A stretch of DNA of 64,000 nt from Octopus vulgaris (lineage: Eukaryota), in NCBI GenBank assembly GCA_951406725.2, contig OX597817.1:65224001-65288000 (forward strand), in the 5' to 3' direction. The notes beneath the pieces were generated by a model. The model was not told where the DNA came from. It searched no databases and worked only from the letters and a program-made list of their open reading frames with translations. Below, piece after piece: positions 1 through 13,971 of the stretch; the stretch's first letter is position 1, and each line of letters opens with the position of its first letter. Position numbers and translations under genes: made by a program.

Positions 1-432
1 TATGTGTGTGTGTGTAAATTTTATCTATCTGTGTCTCCCTCTTTTCTTCTCTATAGATTCACATATACACAGGCACAGACAAGTTCAAACACACACAAAC
101 ACACACACACACTCACACACACACATACACACGCACACACGCACATACACACACACACGCACATGTATACACACACGGACATATATCAACTCACTTTACG
201 ATATAAACATTATCACGTTTCTCTTGTCTGATAGTATTCTATGTTCGGCTAAATTTAGCAAAAGACGATTCTCCTCTCTCTTAGTTACGTTAAGAAATAC
301 TCTCTCTTTCGCTTTCCCTCTCTTTCTCTCCGTGTTATATGTATGCGTAAGTGTGTGTGTATGTGCATGTGTAATATATAAATAAAAATATATATATATA
401 CTCACATGTGAATATATATACATATACATGAA

Positions 433-475
433 ACATACACACACACATACATACATACATACATATATACATACA

Positions 476-509
<34 letters not shown>

Positions 510-580
510 CATACATACATACATGCATACATAATACATACATACATACATACATACACACATACATACATGCATACACG

Positions 581-612
<32 letters not shown>

Positions 613-740
613 CATACATACATACATACATACATACATACATACATACATACATACATACACGCATACATACATACATACATACATACATACATACATA
701 CATACATACATACACGCATACATGCATACATACATACACG

Positions 741-772
<32 letters not shown>

Positions 773-920
773 CATACATACATACATACATACATACATA
801 CATACATACATACATACATACATACATACATACATACACATACATACATACATGCATACACGCATACATACATACATACATACATACATACATACATACA
901 TACATACATACATACATACA
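433..920. repeat. (TACA)n tetranucleotide array with CACG/CATG variant units
   Basis: Directly visible, about 490 bp; source of the MYVC/HTYI ORFs. Confidence 0.97.
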
Positions 921-1123
921 TTTTTCTGGCTTTGGGTACAAAAAATATCGGAGGATTAGTTAATTGCGATTTTATTCAAAATATTCCCCTCTCAGATTCA
1001 CACACTTATTACAGCGGTGCTTCAGTTTTCCTAAGCTCTGTAAAAGAACTTTGAAGATTGGGCCTCCGGCCAAGTCTTTCGAGGTACCCTCAAAGCGAGG
1101 AACTTTACAATACCACCCTCGTA
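921..1123 (-). mobile_element. Mariner-derived MITE / deletion relic
   Basis: Minus strand starts TACGAGGGTGGTATTGTAAAGTTCCTCGCTTTG (mariner-type TIR). Remnant of the opposite TIR (TTTCTGGCTTTGGG) at about 923. Internal minus frame [20 protein letters not shown] resembles the mariner transposase C-terminus. Confidence 0.7.
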
Positions 1124-1247
1124 TGTTTTTTTATATATATATGTACACACACATACACACATAAAATACACATGTATGCATGCGTGCATATATATATATG
1201 CATACATACATACATACATATATATATATATAACACACACACATATA

Positions 1248-1301
<54 letters not shown>

Positions 1302-1599
1302 TATATGTATACACACATATACACATACACATATATATATATATATATATGATATACTTACATATCCATGCATGTGAATGTACGTGCCTCTGTGTGTGTG
1401 TGTGTGTGTATTGTTCAGTCTTTTACCATTTTTTGGTGTATAAATAGATCACATTACGTAAGAGACACATTTGTAACTCAGACATTCAAACACATACATC
1501 CTCCAGGTTGCAGATTTCGCTATGCCATATCCAATTGCATATTCATCTGAATATAGCAATGGTTCGTGGTTGCCCTTTCTGACTAACCGTGTAGAAGTT

Positions 1600-1830
1600 T
1601 AGTTCAACAACGTGGTTTCGAGACATGCTAGAAATAGCAACAAAATCTCATTTAAACCGTAAGTCTGACTTAGAAGCCTTTATCCACGTTATCGAATCTG
1701 TCTTTTAAAAATGGGACATATTGGATAACGTGGACATCGTAACTTGAGATAAAATGGTCTGAAGTGACGGGATAGTCACGACTAGAATGAGTTTGATTAT
1801 TGGCCTGCTCGACCGTGGCTGAACAGGAGA
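1600..1830 (+). mobile_element. Old dispersed SINE-like repeat (family E); decayed relatives near 21950, 24560, 33930, 43300, 44720, 45060, 48520, 50750, 58380
   Basis: Recurrent motif CTAGAAATAGCA(G/A)C(C)AAAT / ATTTCTAGCAGGTCGA with similar flanks at many loci; highly diverged. Confidence 0.5.
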
Positions 1831-1947
1831 TAAAAATAACTACAACATCTATCTATCTAACTATCTATCTACCTATGTATGTATGTATGTATGTATGTAT
1901 GTATGTATGTATGTATGTATGTATGTATGTATGTATGTATGTATGTA

Positions 1948-1978
<31 letters not shown>

Positions 1979-1981
1979 ATG

Positions 1982-2012
<31 letters not shown>

Positions 2013-3129
2013 CTATCTATCTATGTCTATGTAATATGTAACATGTACATATATGTGTATATGGGTGCATGTATGTATGTATGAATATATGAATATATGT
2101 ATGTATGTGTATTTGTTTGTATGTATGTACGTATGTATGTGTGTGTATATATATATACATATATGCACACACATATGTGCATGTACAAATCATACATACA
2201 TATGTGCATGTACACACACATTCATATATACACTTATGCACGTACGCACGCCATATTGCAATAGCGGAGCAACGCCCTGTTTATTACGACATGGTCCTGA
2301 TTTTGATTTGGCGGCTCCGAAAAGCTAATAATTGGTGGGGAAGAAAAAAAAAAGAGCCTCGAATACGAGGGGTCTTTGAAAGTTATAGAAGAAAAGGCTT
2401 TGGGTTGTGCTTCCTGTGGAAATGGAATATCGTGGATATGTAGCTAGATCCACATGTCCGGTCTGGCTAGGACTGGACTTAGGAAGGATATCAGAGCAGT
2501 GATTTATGAATTTACGGAGGGAAACAGTGAATGCCTTATCGTGGATATTATTTTAATTTTATTGTTAGGAGGGAAGGCAATGTCTATGAACTTTTACAAG
2601 CCTTTCAGATGGAGGACAGTATCCCCAAATCTTGCCACAGCTGACCCAAATACTTGCCACAGCGTAGATTCAACCAGAGATATTTAAGGTGCCAGGTAGG
2701 GTTGGTTAAACTGGGCGACGTATTAAGTTTACCGCCCACGTAGGCAAGGGTGGAATCTGAACTCGGAACGCAAAGATCCGAAACGAACACTGCAAGTTCT
2801 TATAGTTTTGCTAATCAACCGCTTTTTATCGACCTAAAAACGGTGAAGGGCAAAGCTGATCTCAGCAGAACTTGAACTTGAGTATTCGGGGACATACGAG
2901 AAATCTAGGAGTGAAGAACTGAACGAGTAGTAAAACAAAATAGTTGATGATTGTCAGAGTAGTTGAAGCTGACTATAGCTTAACGTTTAGTTTGCCGGTT
3001 GCATGAGTGTAAAGAAGGCTTCTATCTGCCAAGCCATGTCGAGCCAGTTTAGCAGAATAGGGCCATCAAACTAGTATGATCTAAAGTTTTAATTCACAGC
3101 CTCCACATCGGACTGTGGTTAGTGTAGAG

Positions 3130-3190
3130 AACATGATGAGGCCCTTGTCCTACAGTGGACTGAACACGGTCAATCTAATCCAATCCAACG
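3130..3190 (+). mobile_element. Possible RTE-type 3' terminus
   Basis: GAGGCCCTTGTCCTACAGTGGACTG followed by a (CAATC)-like tail resembles RTE 3' ends; short. Confidence 0.35.
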
Positions 3191-3381
3191 CCGGTTGTAT
3201 GGTTAACGGGTGTACTTAGGTATAATATGCTGCAATGTAGGGCCCGTTAATTTTCTTGTAGCATCAATGTTGCTCGGAATTGGAAGAGGAAGTGATACTG
3301 CTGGAAGGTGCCAAAACTTTTGTGATCCCAAATCGACATCTGCTGAAATTGCGAGTCCCATAGTGCAAAGTTAAACATGTG

Positions 3382-3452
<71 letters not shown>

Positions 3453-3680
3453 GTGTGTGCGCGTGTATTTATTATACACACACACGCATATATATGTGTG
3501 TGCGTGTATGTATGCTCGGGGGAAAACTAGCCCCTCCTCCACATGTTCTTTGCACAGCAACCTCTGAGATTTGTGACAAAAGGAAAGGAACTTTTCGCGG
3601 ACAGGAATCTTGGGATGCTAAAGGCACTCAAGCTCTCAGTGGCGGTTTTAAGCCGAGCGTAAATACGTACATATTTTTAC

Positions 3681-3822
3681 ATGTATGTATGTATGTATGT
3701 ATGTATGTATGTATGTATGTATGTATGTATGTATGTATGTATGTATGTATGTATGTATGTATGTATGTATGTATGTATGTATGTGTGTGTGTGTGTATGT
3801 GCGTGTATGTATGCATGTAGCA

Positions 3823-3914
<92 letters not shown>

Positions 3915-3925
3915 CTATCTATCTA

Positions 3926-3972
<47 letters not shown>

Positions 3973-3990
3973 TTCTGTCTGTCTGTCTAT
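3681..3990. repeat. Compound (TATG)n-(TG)n-(TCTA)n-(TCTG)n microsatellite
   Basis: Directly visible. Confidence 0.95.
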
Positions 3991-4074
3991 GCGTATGGAT
4001 AACGGAATATGAATATTTATATACATAGAAAATAAAGACGTCTATACAACTGCACACACAAGCACACACACACA

Positions 4075-4112
<38 letters not shown>

Positions 4113-4403
4113 TGTGAATGTGTAACAGCGGGTATATTTTTAGTTATTTATAGTCATTGATAAACGTTAACCATCCCAAACACTACTTGGAACGGATGTC
4201 CTGCATCTTTGCGCTGGTATACGTGTGTGTATCTGCGCATGTGTGTGCGTGTGTGTGTGTATGAGTGTGTGTGTGTGTGTATGTGAATGTGTGTATGTGT
4301 GCATGTGTGTGTGTGCTTGTCCCACCATCTCATTTCTGCGTGTGTTTTTGTCAATGTATACGCTTTGTAATGATAGATATCTTCATAGATGCAGACACAC
4401 GCA

Positions 4404-4469
<66 letters not shown>

Positions 4470-4629
4470 TATGTATCTCTGTACATGTGTTTATAGGCTT
4501 CCGTGTTTCCTTTTTCATAATCTCGTAATGATGCCTGTGTTTTGAGAGAGAACGAGCGGAAGGGAGGGAACGTGTGAATGAATTATAGGCTTTTTGTACT
4601 AAAAAGCGTTTTATACGTAGATAATATCG

Positions 4630-4829
4630 ATTTCAAATTTTGGTACAAGTCCAGAAATTTCGGGTGAATTAGGTCGACCCCAGTGCTCAACTGGTATTCA
4701 CTTTATCGACTCCGAAAGGTTGAAAGACAAAGTCGACCTCGGCGGAATTTGAACTCAGAACATGAAGACGGACGAAAATGCCGCTAAACAGGATGTCCGG
4801 TGTGCTAACGATTCTGCTAGTCCACCATC
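4630..4829 (-). mobile_element. tRNA-derived SINE family A
   Basis: Homologous to the intact copy at 18557 (TTTATCGACTCCGAAAGGTTGAAAGACAAAGTCGACCTCGGCGGAATTTGAACTCAGAAC). Confidence 0.85.
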
Positions 4830-5399
4830 CCAGCCGTAGATGATATTGATTTGATATGACGATAGTGTACATCATCCCAAATTCCACAGCTGGTCAGGGA
4901 TTTGAGGTCTTGTTTATCATCATAGACCAGGCTCCTGTTAGTATAGACTGGCGGTCATTTTCACCGAGTCCAGTACTTTTGATTGCTACTGCATTTTATG
5001 GACTTCGGAAAGATGGAAGGAAAAAATTAACCCAGCGTGTTTAAATTACGAATGTCAAGATTTGCTTTTCCTTTTTGCGTGACGCTCTGACGATCCTGCC
5101 GAATTACTATCCCATGTACGGATTGGATGATTATCCATACTTCTATTCAACTGGTTTCCGTCATTGAACTGCGATTATGCTGGGATGAATACCATCATAT
5201 AAAGTTTTAGTCGATCGTATGGAGTCCAGTATTTATGTTATTGATTAACTTTTATAGAATCGGTTAGTTGGACATTTTGTTGTTGACAGAGCATCTGTGT
5301 TAAAACAAAGGACAAAAACACTGACACGAACATAGACACAAATATACGAACAAATAAAACATAAATGCATATAGTTATACACAGTCACACAATCAGGCT

Positions 5400-5560
5400 G
5401 GCGTGGCTGTGTGGTAAGAAGTTTACTTCCCAACCACATAGTTCCGGGTTCAGTTCCACTGTGTGGCACCTTGGGTGAGTGTCCTTCACTATAGCCTCGG
5501 GTCGACCAAAGCCTTGTGAGTGGATTTGGTAGGCGGCAACTGAAAGAAACACTTCGTATA
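5400..5560 (+). mobile_element. tRNA-derived SINE family B, 5' half
   Basis: A-box TGGCTGTGTGGT, B-box GGGTTCAGTTCC, CORE-like CACCTTGGGTGAGTG; runs into (TA)/(CA) repeats. Confidence 0.85.
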
Positions 5561-5573
5561 TATATATATATAT

Positions 5574-5616
<43 letters not shown>

Positions 5617-5761
5617 TATATATATCCGTGTATATATATATATATATATCTGTAAATGTAATATGTGACAATTATTCGGTAGCCATGTTTGTGTGTGTAT
5701 TATGTACACACACACACACATATATACATGTATGTATGTATACACACACGCATATTTAATC

Positions 5762-6163
5762 ATCTTCATCATCATCATCATCATCATCCTTATTTAACGT
5801 TCTTTATTCACGCTGGCATGGGTAAAACGGTTTGATAAGAACTGGAAAGACAGAGGACACAATCCGTTTTGCCATGGTTTCTACAGCCGATGCTATTCCT
5901 AGCGCCAACCACCGTACAGAGTGTGCTGGGTACCTTTAACGTGGCACCAGCAGCGGTAACTTGCAAGACAAGACTCTACTGAGAGGGGAGTAGTATGGAG
6001 GGAGGTGGCTTTGATCCAGGTGTTGAAATGTTTGAGTATGCGCAGAGGAACAAAAATACATATACTGCAGTAGAGGAGATAGATAGCTACTCAGATGGAA
6101 AGAGAATGTATAAAGAGAGAACGGAAAAAATGGAGAGATAGGGGGAGAGAGAAGAGAGAGAGA

Positions 6164-6206
<43 letters not shown>

Positions 6207-6751
6207 TGAAAGAGAGATTAGATGGTGAAGATGTAACGGGGTATACACTCAAGTTAAGGGAGGAGTATATAGTTAAGTGGATCAGGGTGTGGATAGGGTG
6301 AGATTGCAAAAGATGAATGGAATATGGAGGAGCAGGGAGAGGGATGTAGTGAGTGGGCACAAATAGAGGGAGGGGGCTGTAAGGAGGGATGTGTTGTGAC
6401 GAAGAAATTCGACAGAGATTGGAGGGTAGAAGGTTAAGGAATACAGCGAGTGGTGAACACGAGTTGGGTGTAGGGAAGAAGGTGTTAGGTAGATGGGATG
6501 TGAAAGAGACGTTTTTCAGGGGGACAGATCGGGTGCGGGGGACATGGACATAAACGGCTTGCCTTTACCTTCCTCGACTTTACTTAGCCGGACGGGTCTT
6601 CTGAAGTATAGCAAATCGCCAATTGTCTCAGTCCTTTGTCATCTCTGTGAGGTTCAATATCTGAAGACCATTGTTCACCACTTCGTCTCACGTATTCGTT
6701 GGTCTTCCTCTCCCACAAGCTCCCTCCACATTTAGAGATTAGCACTTCTTT
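5762..6751 (-). mobile_element. 5'-truncated RTE-clade LINE (ORF end, long 3' UTR, (ATG)n tail)
   Basis: Minus translation of 6750-6580 gives KKC*SLNVEGACGRGRPTNT*DEVVNNGLQILNLTEMTKD*DNWRFAILQKTRPAK*, matching the RTE C-terminal RGRP..W...DR..WR pattern. (CAT)n on + at 5762-5788 is the tail. Confidence 0.75.
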
Positions 6752-6855
6752 ATGTAGCTGTATATACATACATACATACATACATACATACATACATACA
6801 TACATACATACATACATACATACATGCATGCATGCAAACATACATACATACATAC

Positions 6856-6887
<32 letters not shown>

Positions 6888-7399
6888 CCTGAATTTCGGG
6901 ATACACCCTGTAAATCGAAACTCAGATAAATCTGAATGATTTTAAAGATTAAACTCATGATACATATTTTTGAAAATATCACCAGCATATACATGTTCCC
7001 TCTTCCGTTCCCACATTGTCTAATGTCCGTGGGCCAATCCCTCTGATCTTGTTTTTCATTGAGCTCGATATACTTGCAAGCCTCTATCGCCCCTGTTTTG
7101 TACCTCTCACCACTTTTGTGTATATATATCAATTCAACTGACCTGTATCTTATTGCAAAATCCAATCAAACAGAACTTTCTCCCACTTCAATCCTTCATC
7201 TCTTTCACTTTCTCATTTATATTTTTCGCCCGAATTAATAAGGCTGTTACTTTTTGCTGTTCCAGAACATCGCTGCTTTTCTCGGATTCAACTCTTTTAC
7301 TATTTGGTGTTAATTTTCTTTGTCACCAATACTGTTAGATCTGACCACAAATGCGTAAATTATAACGTATTACCCTTATTTAAGATGACTGGATAGATA

Positions 7400-9060
7400 C
7401 TGTCAAGTGGAAGTGAAGGTAGTAGCGCGAAAAGGAGTCGTAAAGGAATTATACTGAACATTAAATTTCATGTTTTATAATGGGTTGTCATAGAAGAATT
7501 CAGTCATACTAAAAATATATAAAAATAAAAAGGTTGCAACGTCTATAGAAGGAACAGTACGTGACGATAAAAACAAAATGAAACTGCTCAAGTATATAAT
7601 CCGTTAGAAGCTTGAGATTTGATTTTTCATTATTGTCTGAAGTGTTGCTTAAAATTGAGTGTCTCAATCGACGATCAGAATGGATGCAATGTGCTGAGAA
7701 ACACGATGATTCAAGCGAAAGTTAAAAGCTTGTATGGCGTTTTGCAGAAAGTGGAAGGTGAAATTTCAGGTTTTAAAGCTTCCAAAAACTGTTTGACGTT
7801 TTCTGTGAAAGGAAATACTGCTGGTGTTATGAAATTAAAGTCTCTTCTTGTATATCATTCCACAAACCCCAAAGTGATCAAGGGGTGGGATAAATTTTAT
7901 CTCCCCATGATTTGGCGTTAAATAAGAGGGTTTGAATGACTAATAGCTTTTTCCTAGACTGCTTTACAATCTTACCGTTGTCTTACAGGGCTAGGTGTAA
8001 TATTTCCAAAATAAGTATTGCTTCTTTTAGACAATTCACCAAACCCCTAACCAGCTTGAGTGATTTTTCTGATAATCTAAGAGGGGAATATATCCCCAAG
8101 AACACAACTTTGTTTCAACCAATGGGTCATTGTACGATAGCTAACTTCAAGGTTTATAATCATAGGGATTTTGGAAAGAATTAGAAAAAGCAACTGATGG
8201 GGAAGATAAATCTAGAGTTAGAGAACTACTGGAAGAAATCCAACCTTACAGATACTCGCGAGTTTTGACATTAAGTAAAGCGTTTAGCTCTAAATGGTAT
8301 TTGCAAAAAACATGGCCAGACCATATTCATAGCTTTCCAGTAAAAAGTGTCGTCAAGTTCATCAAGTAGGGCTTCAAGATGTCGTAGAAGCTGATATGGT
8401 TGACTTTTAAGGCCCTGTACAGAAAGTGTCTAAAGAGTAGTTGATGAAGTTAGAACAAAAGTAAGCAGCAGGGCAAGAAGATATAGCTGTACCATACACT
8501 CCACTCCAGTTAACTGCAAAGAATATAGCTAACTGATTGGCACTTATTGAGAAAGATACACAAGTCTTTGTTAATAACGATCCTAAAAGTGAACGTGGCA
8601 CGAAAGTACAAGAGAAGTTCATTATGTGCTCCATTATGACGGTGAAGGAACAGAGATAGTGCGGTTTAAACATTAAACAAGTTTGAAGTTCTTCACTCTT
8701 GAAACAGATGCTGATGATAACTTACAAGGCAGAAGTTTGTACCCTCCTTCCTTCCCATTAACTCTCACACAGCAGTCGACATCATTTACGGTGGATACGT
8801 TTTGTACTACGATATTACTGTATTCTTAATTATTCCCTCGTGTATTTTTCAATGATTTTATGTATACATACTGTACTGTGTATGCTTAAAAATTGTAGTT
8901 GTACTGTTTGTTTATTATTTTTTCTTTAGAGATATTTCAATATGAACGCATGTTAATATATAGCATGGAAATCAATGTAGAAATAGATTTCGCTTTACTC
9001 GAATTCAGCGTTATGCGAGGCTTTCGGGAACGTGGAATTCCGTAACTCAAGGAATGCTCA
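7400..9060 (+). mobile_element. Decayed Tigger/pogo DNA transposon (transposase pseudogene)
   Basis: IQAKVKSLY...FKASK (CENP-B HTH), GNTAGVMKLKSLLVYHSTNPK...LPMIW and PKNTTLFQPMGHCTIANFK (DDE_1 motifs), with stops and frameshifts. Ends approximate. Confidence 0.8.
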
Positions 9061-9139
9061 TGTGTAAATGTGTGTAGTGTGTGTGTGTTGTGTTGTGTTG
9101 TGTTGTGTTGTGTTGTGTTGTGTGTGTGTGTGTATGTGT

Positions 9140-9179
<40 letters not shown>

Positions 9180-9368
9180 ATGTATGTGTAGTGGAAGCCG
9201 TTTTTATGTTTACAGACAGCATTATTAAACGGTTTTAGTTACAAAATGAGTGGGTTCCAAATGCGTTCATTATACCCTCTGCTTGATGTTATCAGTTTGT
9301 TATTGTTACCTCAAAAGTTCCGTCTGAAAGTGTTCACTACAGATGCGTGTACAGTCTTCCACACTGCA

Positions 9369-9433
<65 letters not shown>

Positions 9434-9924
9434 CATTTCAGGCAGTTTATACCTCCCATTCGTGATATTTTCTGTATTCTGGAAGGAACGAAAGTAGAAA
9501 AAAAAGCAAAACATTTTCGAGTACTTTACCTTTCTGCAGAAACCTAACTATCGTTAAGTGTGGGTGGTAGTGGAAATAGACCAAGAGACTGTATTGTTAA
9601 TAATTATTTTTAATTTAGGCGCATGGCCAGCTATGTTGAGGGGTGGTGGCGGTGATTGGTCGGTTATGTACTTTACCTTATCGATCCCTGCGGCTTGCAA
9701 CTTATGTATGTGATCACACGGTGCTTTTTTTAATACGGTATGTTGGACAACATTGTTTTAATCGAGCCCGAACATTTGACTGGTATTATTTTAGCCAGAT
9801 GAGAAGGATAAAATGCAAAGTTGATTTGAATAGGATGTAAATTCAGAATGTAAAGGAGTGTAACTTAATTCCGCAAGGTATGTTATCCGAAGCTCTACCG
9901 AAACGTCTACTATCTGGATTATAT

Positions 9925-10775
9925 AAGGTGGGTGAAAAGTAAGTAGGCATTAAAAATTGGTAATGAAATCCAAATTCCTTTTACAAATTTATTGAAACAA
10001 ATGATACATATTCTTTATTAGATGGGAAAATGAAAGCAAATCTTCATATTTCAACATAAGCACCGATGGCGTCAACAAGTTTCATGAAAGAGCCAGGCAA
10101 GGAATGAAAAATCATCTGAAGGACGTCGTCTGGGATACTGAGAACGTCTTGAAACCGTGTCGCCAAGTCTTCCAATGCAAGGTTTTGTCTTGTACATCTA
10201 TTTTTAAGTAACCCCACAGGAAAAAAATCACATGGAGTGAGATTTGTACTTCTTGGAGTCTTCAGGTTTTAGATCCTGCGCGTAATGGGGTTTCTACGGA
10301 CGAAAATCCAATTCTTTATCCAACACCGTACGTATTGCGTGTCTTGTTAGTCCACTTTCAGGAGCTGCTTGACGTGTTGATTTTTGCGGTATGCGATTAA
10401 ACATTTCCTGCACTGTTGCCACATTCTCCAATGATCAGGATGTGGTTGGATGGCCACTGCGTCTTACAGTATTCATTGAGCCCGTGGTCATCAGCTTTGC
10501 ATGACAGCTTTTTATTGTCTCCAGACGTAGTGTTGCATGCTTACCTTTCCATGCGCGCCACCATCTCTGAACCAAAACAATGGGATTCTTTACTTCACAG
10601 CGTGCTGCTATCTTAGCGACCGGTCATCTGGAAAATAAGAAATAAGAAATAAGACAATAAGAAAATATAAAACCCCTTTTGCGTTGTCTGTTTAAAAAAT
10701 GTTTTGGTCATGACTTCAGTGATACTAAAAATTATATAAGCAATTTCTAATGCCTAGTTACTTTCCACCCACCCG
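9925..10775 (-). mobile_element. Tc1/mariner (ITm) internal-deletion derivative, rosa/DD41D-like
   Basis: About 35-bp imperfect TIRs (AAGGTGGGTGAAAAGTAAGTAGGCATTAAAAATTG / CAATTTCTAATGCCTAGTTACTTTCCACCCACCCG) in TA context. Minus peptides PQKSTRQAA...RP*KPHYAQDLKPED and PRSTNLTPCDF(f)LWGYLK. Confidence 0.85.
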
Positions 10776-10794
10776 ATATATATATGTATATATA

Positions 10795-10945
10795 AAAGCA
10801 AATCAAGAATAAAAAGAAACAAGAAAAAACGACAAAAGTCAATTAGACGTAAACGATGACTATTCTGCACTGACGCTTGGTGACAGTTTTAAATGGGAAA
10901 ATAGCAGTTGAAATTACGTTTCGAGCATGGCTCCTCGTCGGAAAG
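10795..10945 (-). mobile_element. PLE-type 3' terminus with decayed hammerhead motif (about 10914-10945)
   Basis: Minus strand CCGACGA-G-GAGC-CAT-GCTC-GAAAC-GTA with weak stem I; T-rich tail ends at a TA-rich run. Confidence 0.55.
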
Positions 10946-11369
10946 AGGAAAAAGTCCATAGTGGAGGAAAAGGAGAAAGGAGCAGATAGTCTGGAGAAAA
11001 GCATGTATATGGCTGAAAAGAAAAATATATGTATACATACATGCATCCATCCATCCATCCATCCATCCATCCATCCATCCATCCATCCATCCATCCATCC
11101 ATACATACATTCATACATGTATGCATGTATGTATGTGTGCATATATATATATATACATAGGCATTACCGATACGTGCCAGACTTTTCAGTAACACCGTCG
11201 AATCTGTGTTCTTATGTACAAGTGACATGTAGGCTACAGCGAAGAGGACAGACCATCGATTGGCTGCGACACAAAGGGCCATGAAAAGATCCAGGTAAGG
11301 ATTGTCATTACGAGATCATACACAGCTACTTACACACACACATGCAAATGTACATAAGAACAGTAAATG

Positions 11370-11535
11370 GATCTCCATCGGTTTCGGCGATGATTAACCA
11401 GTTGTGCGATCAACTAAATTACTTGCTCATTGTATTAGCATGTAAATGACTGAGTATTCTAATAACATGTGTAGCCTCAATGTAATTCTATGGTAGATCA
11501 ACAATGTGACAACGTTGGTCGTTTGAATCATAAGT
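11370..11535 (-). mobile_element. Decayed 3' part of SINE family C
   Basis: Aligns by eye with 61262-61445. Confidence 0.55.
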
Positions 11536-11664
11536 AAAAATGTAACCGACAGGTTTCCACACAGTTTCCGTCTACCCAAGTATATGAGCAAAATTGTCAC
11601 AAACACGTGCGTGTAGGCACGCGCGCACACACACACACATACACGTGTGTGTGTGTATGAAAGC

Positions 11665-11795
11665 ACATGTCACAATGTTTAGAGCGTCGGACTTACAATC
11701 GTGAAGTTATGAGTTCGATTCTCGGCCCGCACTGAGAGTTGCGACGTCACTGCTGCCAAGTTGTATCGGCCTTTGCCTTTCTCTTGGACAACACA
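11665..11795 (+). mobile_element. tRNA-derived SINE family D, truncated copy
   Basis: B-box GAGTTCGATTCTC; body GTATCGGCCTTTGCCTTTCTCTTGGACAAC shared with the adjacent minus copy. Confidence 0.65.
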
Positions 11796-11799
11796 TTAT

Positions 11800-12063
11800 T
11801 AACACAGCATAGTCCGAGCAAGGTTGTTTGTGGAAGACCAGCAGTCGCCCATGCATACCAGTCTCTCCTCTCCATGCTACTGATGTTATCCAAAGGAAAG
11901 GCAAAAGCCGATGCACCTTGACACCAGTTACATCGCAAATCATTTCTACAGATGACTGTGAAATAACGCTGAAGAACACAACACATAGTGCAGTCCGGAA
12001 ATCGAACTCACAACCTCACGATTTGGGGTCCGACGATCTATCCATTGAACCATTCGCCTTCAC
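11800..12063 (-). mobile_element. tRNA-derived SINE family D
   Basis: Minus strand GTGAAGGCGAATGGTTCAATGGATAG...GAGTTCGATTTCC...GCATCGGCTTTTGCCTTTCCTTTGGATAAC. Confidence 0.7.
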
Positions 12064-12124
12064 ACAAACATACACATATACAATCACACACACACACATA
12101 TATACATGTGTTTGTATATGTGAT

Positions 12125-12170
<46 letters not shown>

Positions 12171-12636
12171 GTCACAACTTACAGTTTGCACATACATTCT
12201 TACAATTATACGAAATCCAAAATATTCGCCCGAAACAACAAACCATACATCAAAATATAGCAAATTAAATTTGTAGGTTCCAAACATAATTCTACATCTC
12301 AAAAGAAAACGAATACTACCTACACGCACACACACACACACATCCTAGGAACGCAGAGGCACACCTGCCAACTCAGTAGAAACTCTCACGAAACTGTTGA
12401 AAACGACGACGATAATGATGATGAGGAAGGTGGCGGCGACAGTGGCAACAACAACAACAACAACAACAACTATAAATTACAAAAAAAACAAACATATATA
12501 TCCACTTCATTTTGGTGTCTAGAAGAACTCGTGTCGATCTCGCCACGGTTGTTGGTAAGTGAACATCAAGTGAGCCACAAATATGTTATGGTGTATGCAA
12601 AACATACCACTTAACATATACATACGTATATCTAGC

Positions 12637-12750
<114 letters not shown>

Positions 12751-13060
12751 TGACAACATAAGAAAGAAAGCTTAAATGTCCGAGTGAACATAATAAGATA
12801 ATAGACTACAAATGTATAGGTTCTGTGTTCAAGTGCATTGAGGGTTGATCGTTCGGTGTTTTTGTGTAGTACGATTAGTTTCTTACGCGCCTCACTTCAC
12901 CAAGCTCTGAAGATCAACTACTGTAACTTTCTGTGTACCAAATTTATTTCACATCTGGGTAACGCGGCAGAAACGTAGCTAGGCACAAGTTATACACACA
13001 CGCACGCACACGCAAGCACGCACACTCAAGCACACACACACACACATACACACACACACA

Positions 13061-13119
<59 letters not shown>

Positions 13120-13221
13120 TCACACACAATGCTGTTACACAGAATTATGGATGATTTGTTAACATATACCATGTTTGCGTTGTTTTAGGTGCCTATCGTA
13201 TGTCGAGCAGATGCAGGTACC

Positions 13222-13725
13222 ATATATATAAAACATAGATATGTTTCGACGAAAGATTGGTCCGGCCATATCTATCTTAATAGCACCACCTAATTGGATT
13301 ATCTAAATCCTTTTTAAGTCAAGTAGTGAGTTCTTGTTGAGTGAGTTGTATCCAGGTGTGGGTGGCTTATCTGGTATTCCTTGAAGAAATCTCTCCAGAC
13401 TCCGTTTGAAGGTGATGGCATCCTTTTCCTCTTTGATCAGTTTTGGGACAATGTTAAACAGGGCAGGGCCTGTTGAGGAAAAGAAATTATGTCGTAGTGT
13501 ACTTATATGTTGTGATCCTGAATTGGGCAGGGGACGTATGGCCCGTGGTCCCAGCCTTGGATGAACCTTGAAACTAATATTTAGGTCATTTGGGAAATAC
13601 TGGCGGTATATTCTCCACATCGTACAAATGATGTACCGCTCGCAGCGGCGCTGGAGAGAGTACAGTTTCAAGGCTTTAAGGTGATCCCAGTAATTGGGAT
13701 CTGTAATGCCTTCAATTAGTTTAGT
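13222..13725 (-). mobile_element. 5'-truncated CR1-group LINE (ORF2 C-terminus and 3' UTR)
   Basis: ORF 13303-13857 contains TKLIEGITDPNYWDHLKALKLYSLQRRCERYII...GPALFNIVP...FKRSLERFLQGIPDKP, the typical CR1/L2-group post-RT region. Confidence 0.88.
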
Positions 13726-13906
13726 GAGTGATTCAGTCAACGATATATAGTACTTACTTGTAAATAAGAATTTTCTTTTCTGCTGTACACAACGTTGCAT
13801 GGCAAAAAATTGCGATTGACCCGCTGGCCTGATAACTGATGAAGAGTTGGTGACCATCTATGTATGTTTCCCGTTTGTTTGTGCATTTATTGTATGTTTT
13901 TAACTC

Positions 13907-13971
<65 letters not shown>

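Noticed and set aside
2623-2662. ~20-bp tandem duplication CCCAAAT(A)CTTGCCACAGC
   Set aside because: Two copies only; ordinary local duplication.
6890-6912. CGGGATACACCCTGTA, resembling a Tc1/mariner TIR end
   Set aside because: No matching partner TIR found nearby.
9500-9545. Minus-strand CTGCAGA...CTCGAAA near a (TA)n array
   Set aside because: Position fits the module but there are too many core mismatches to call.
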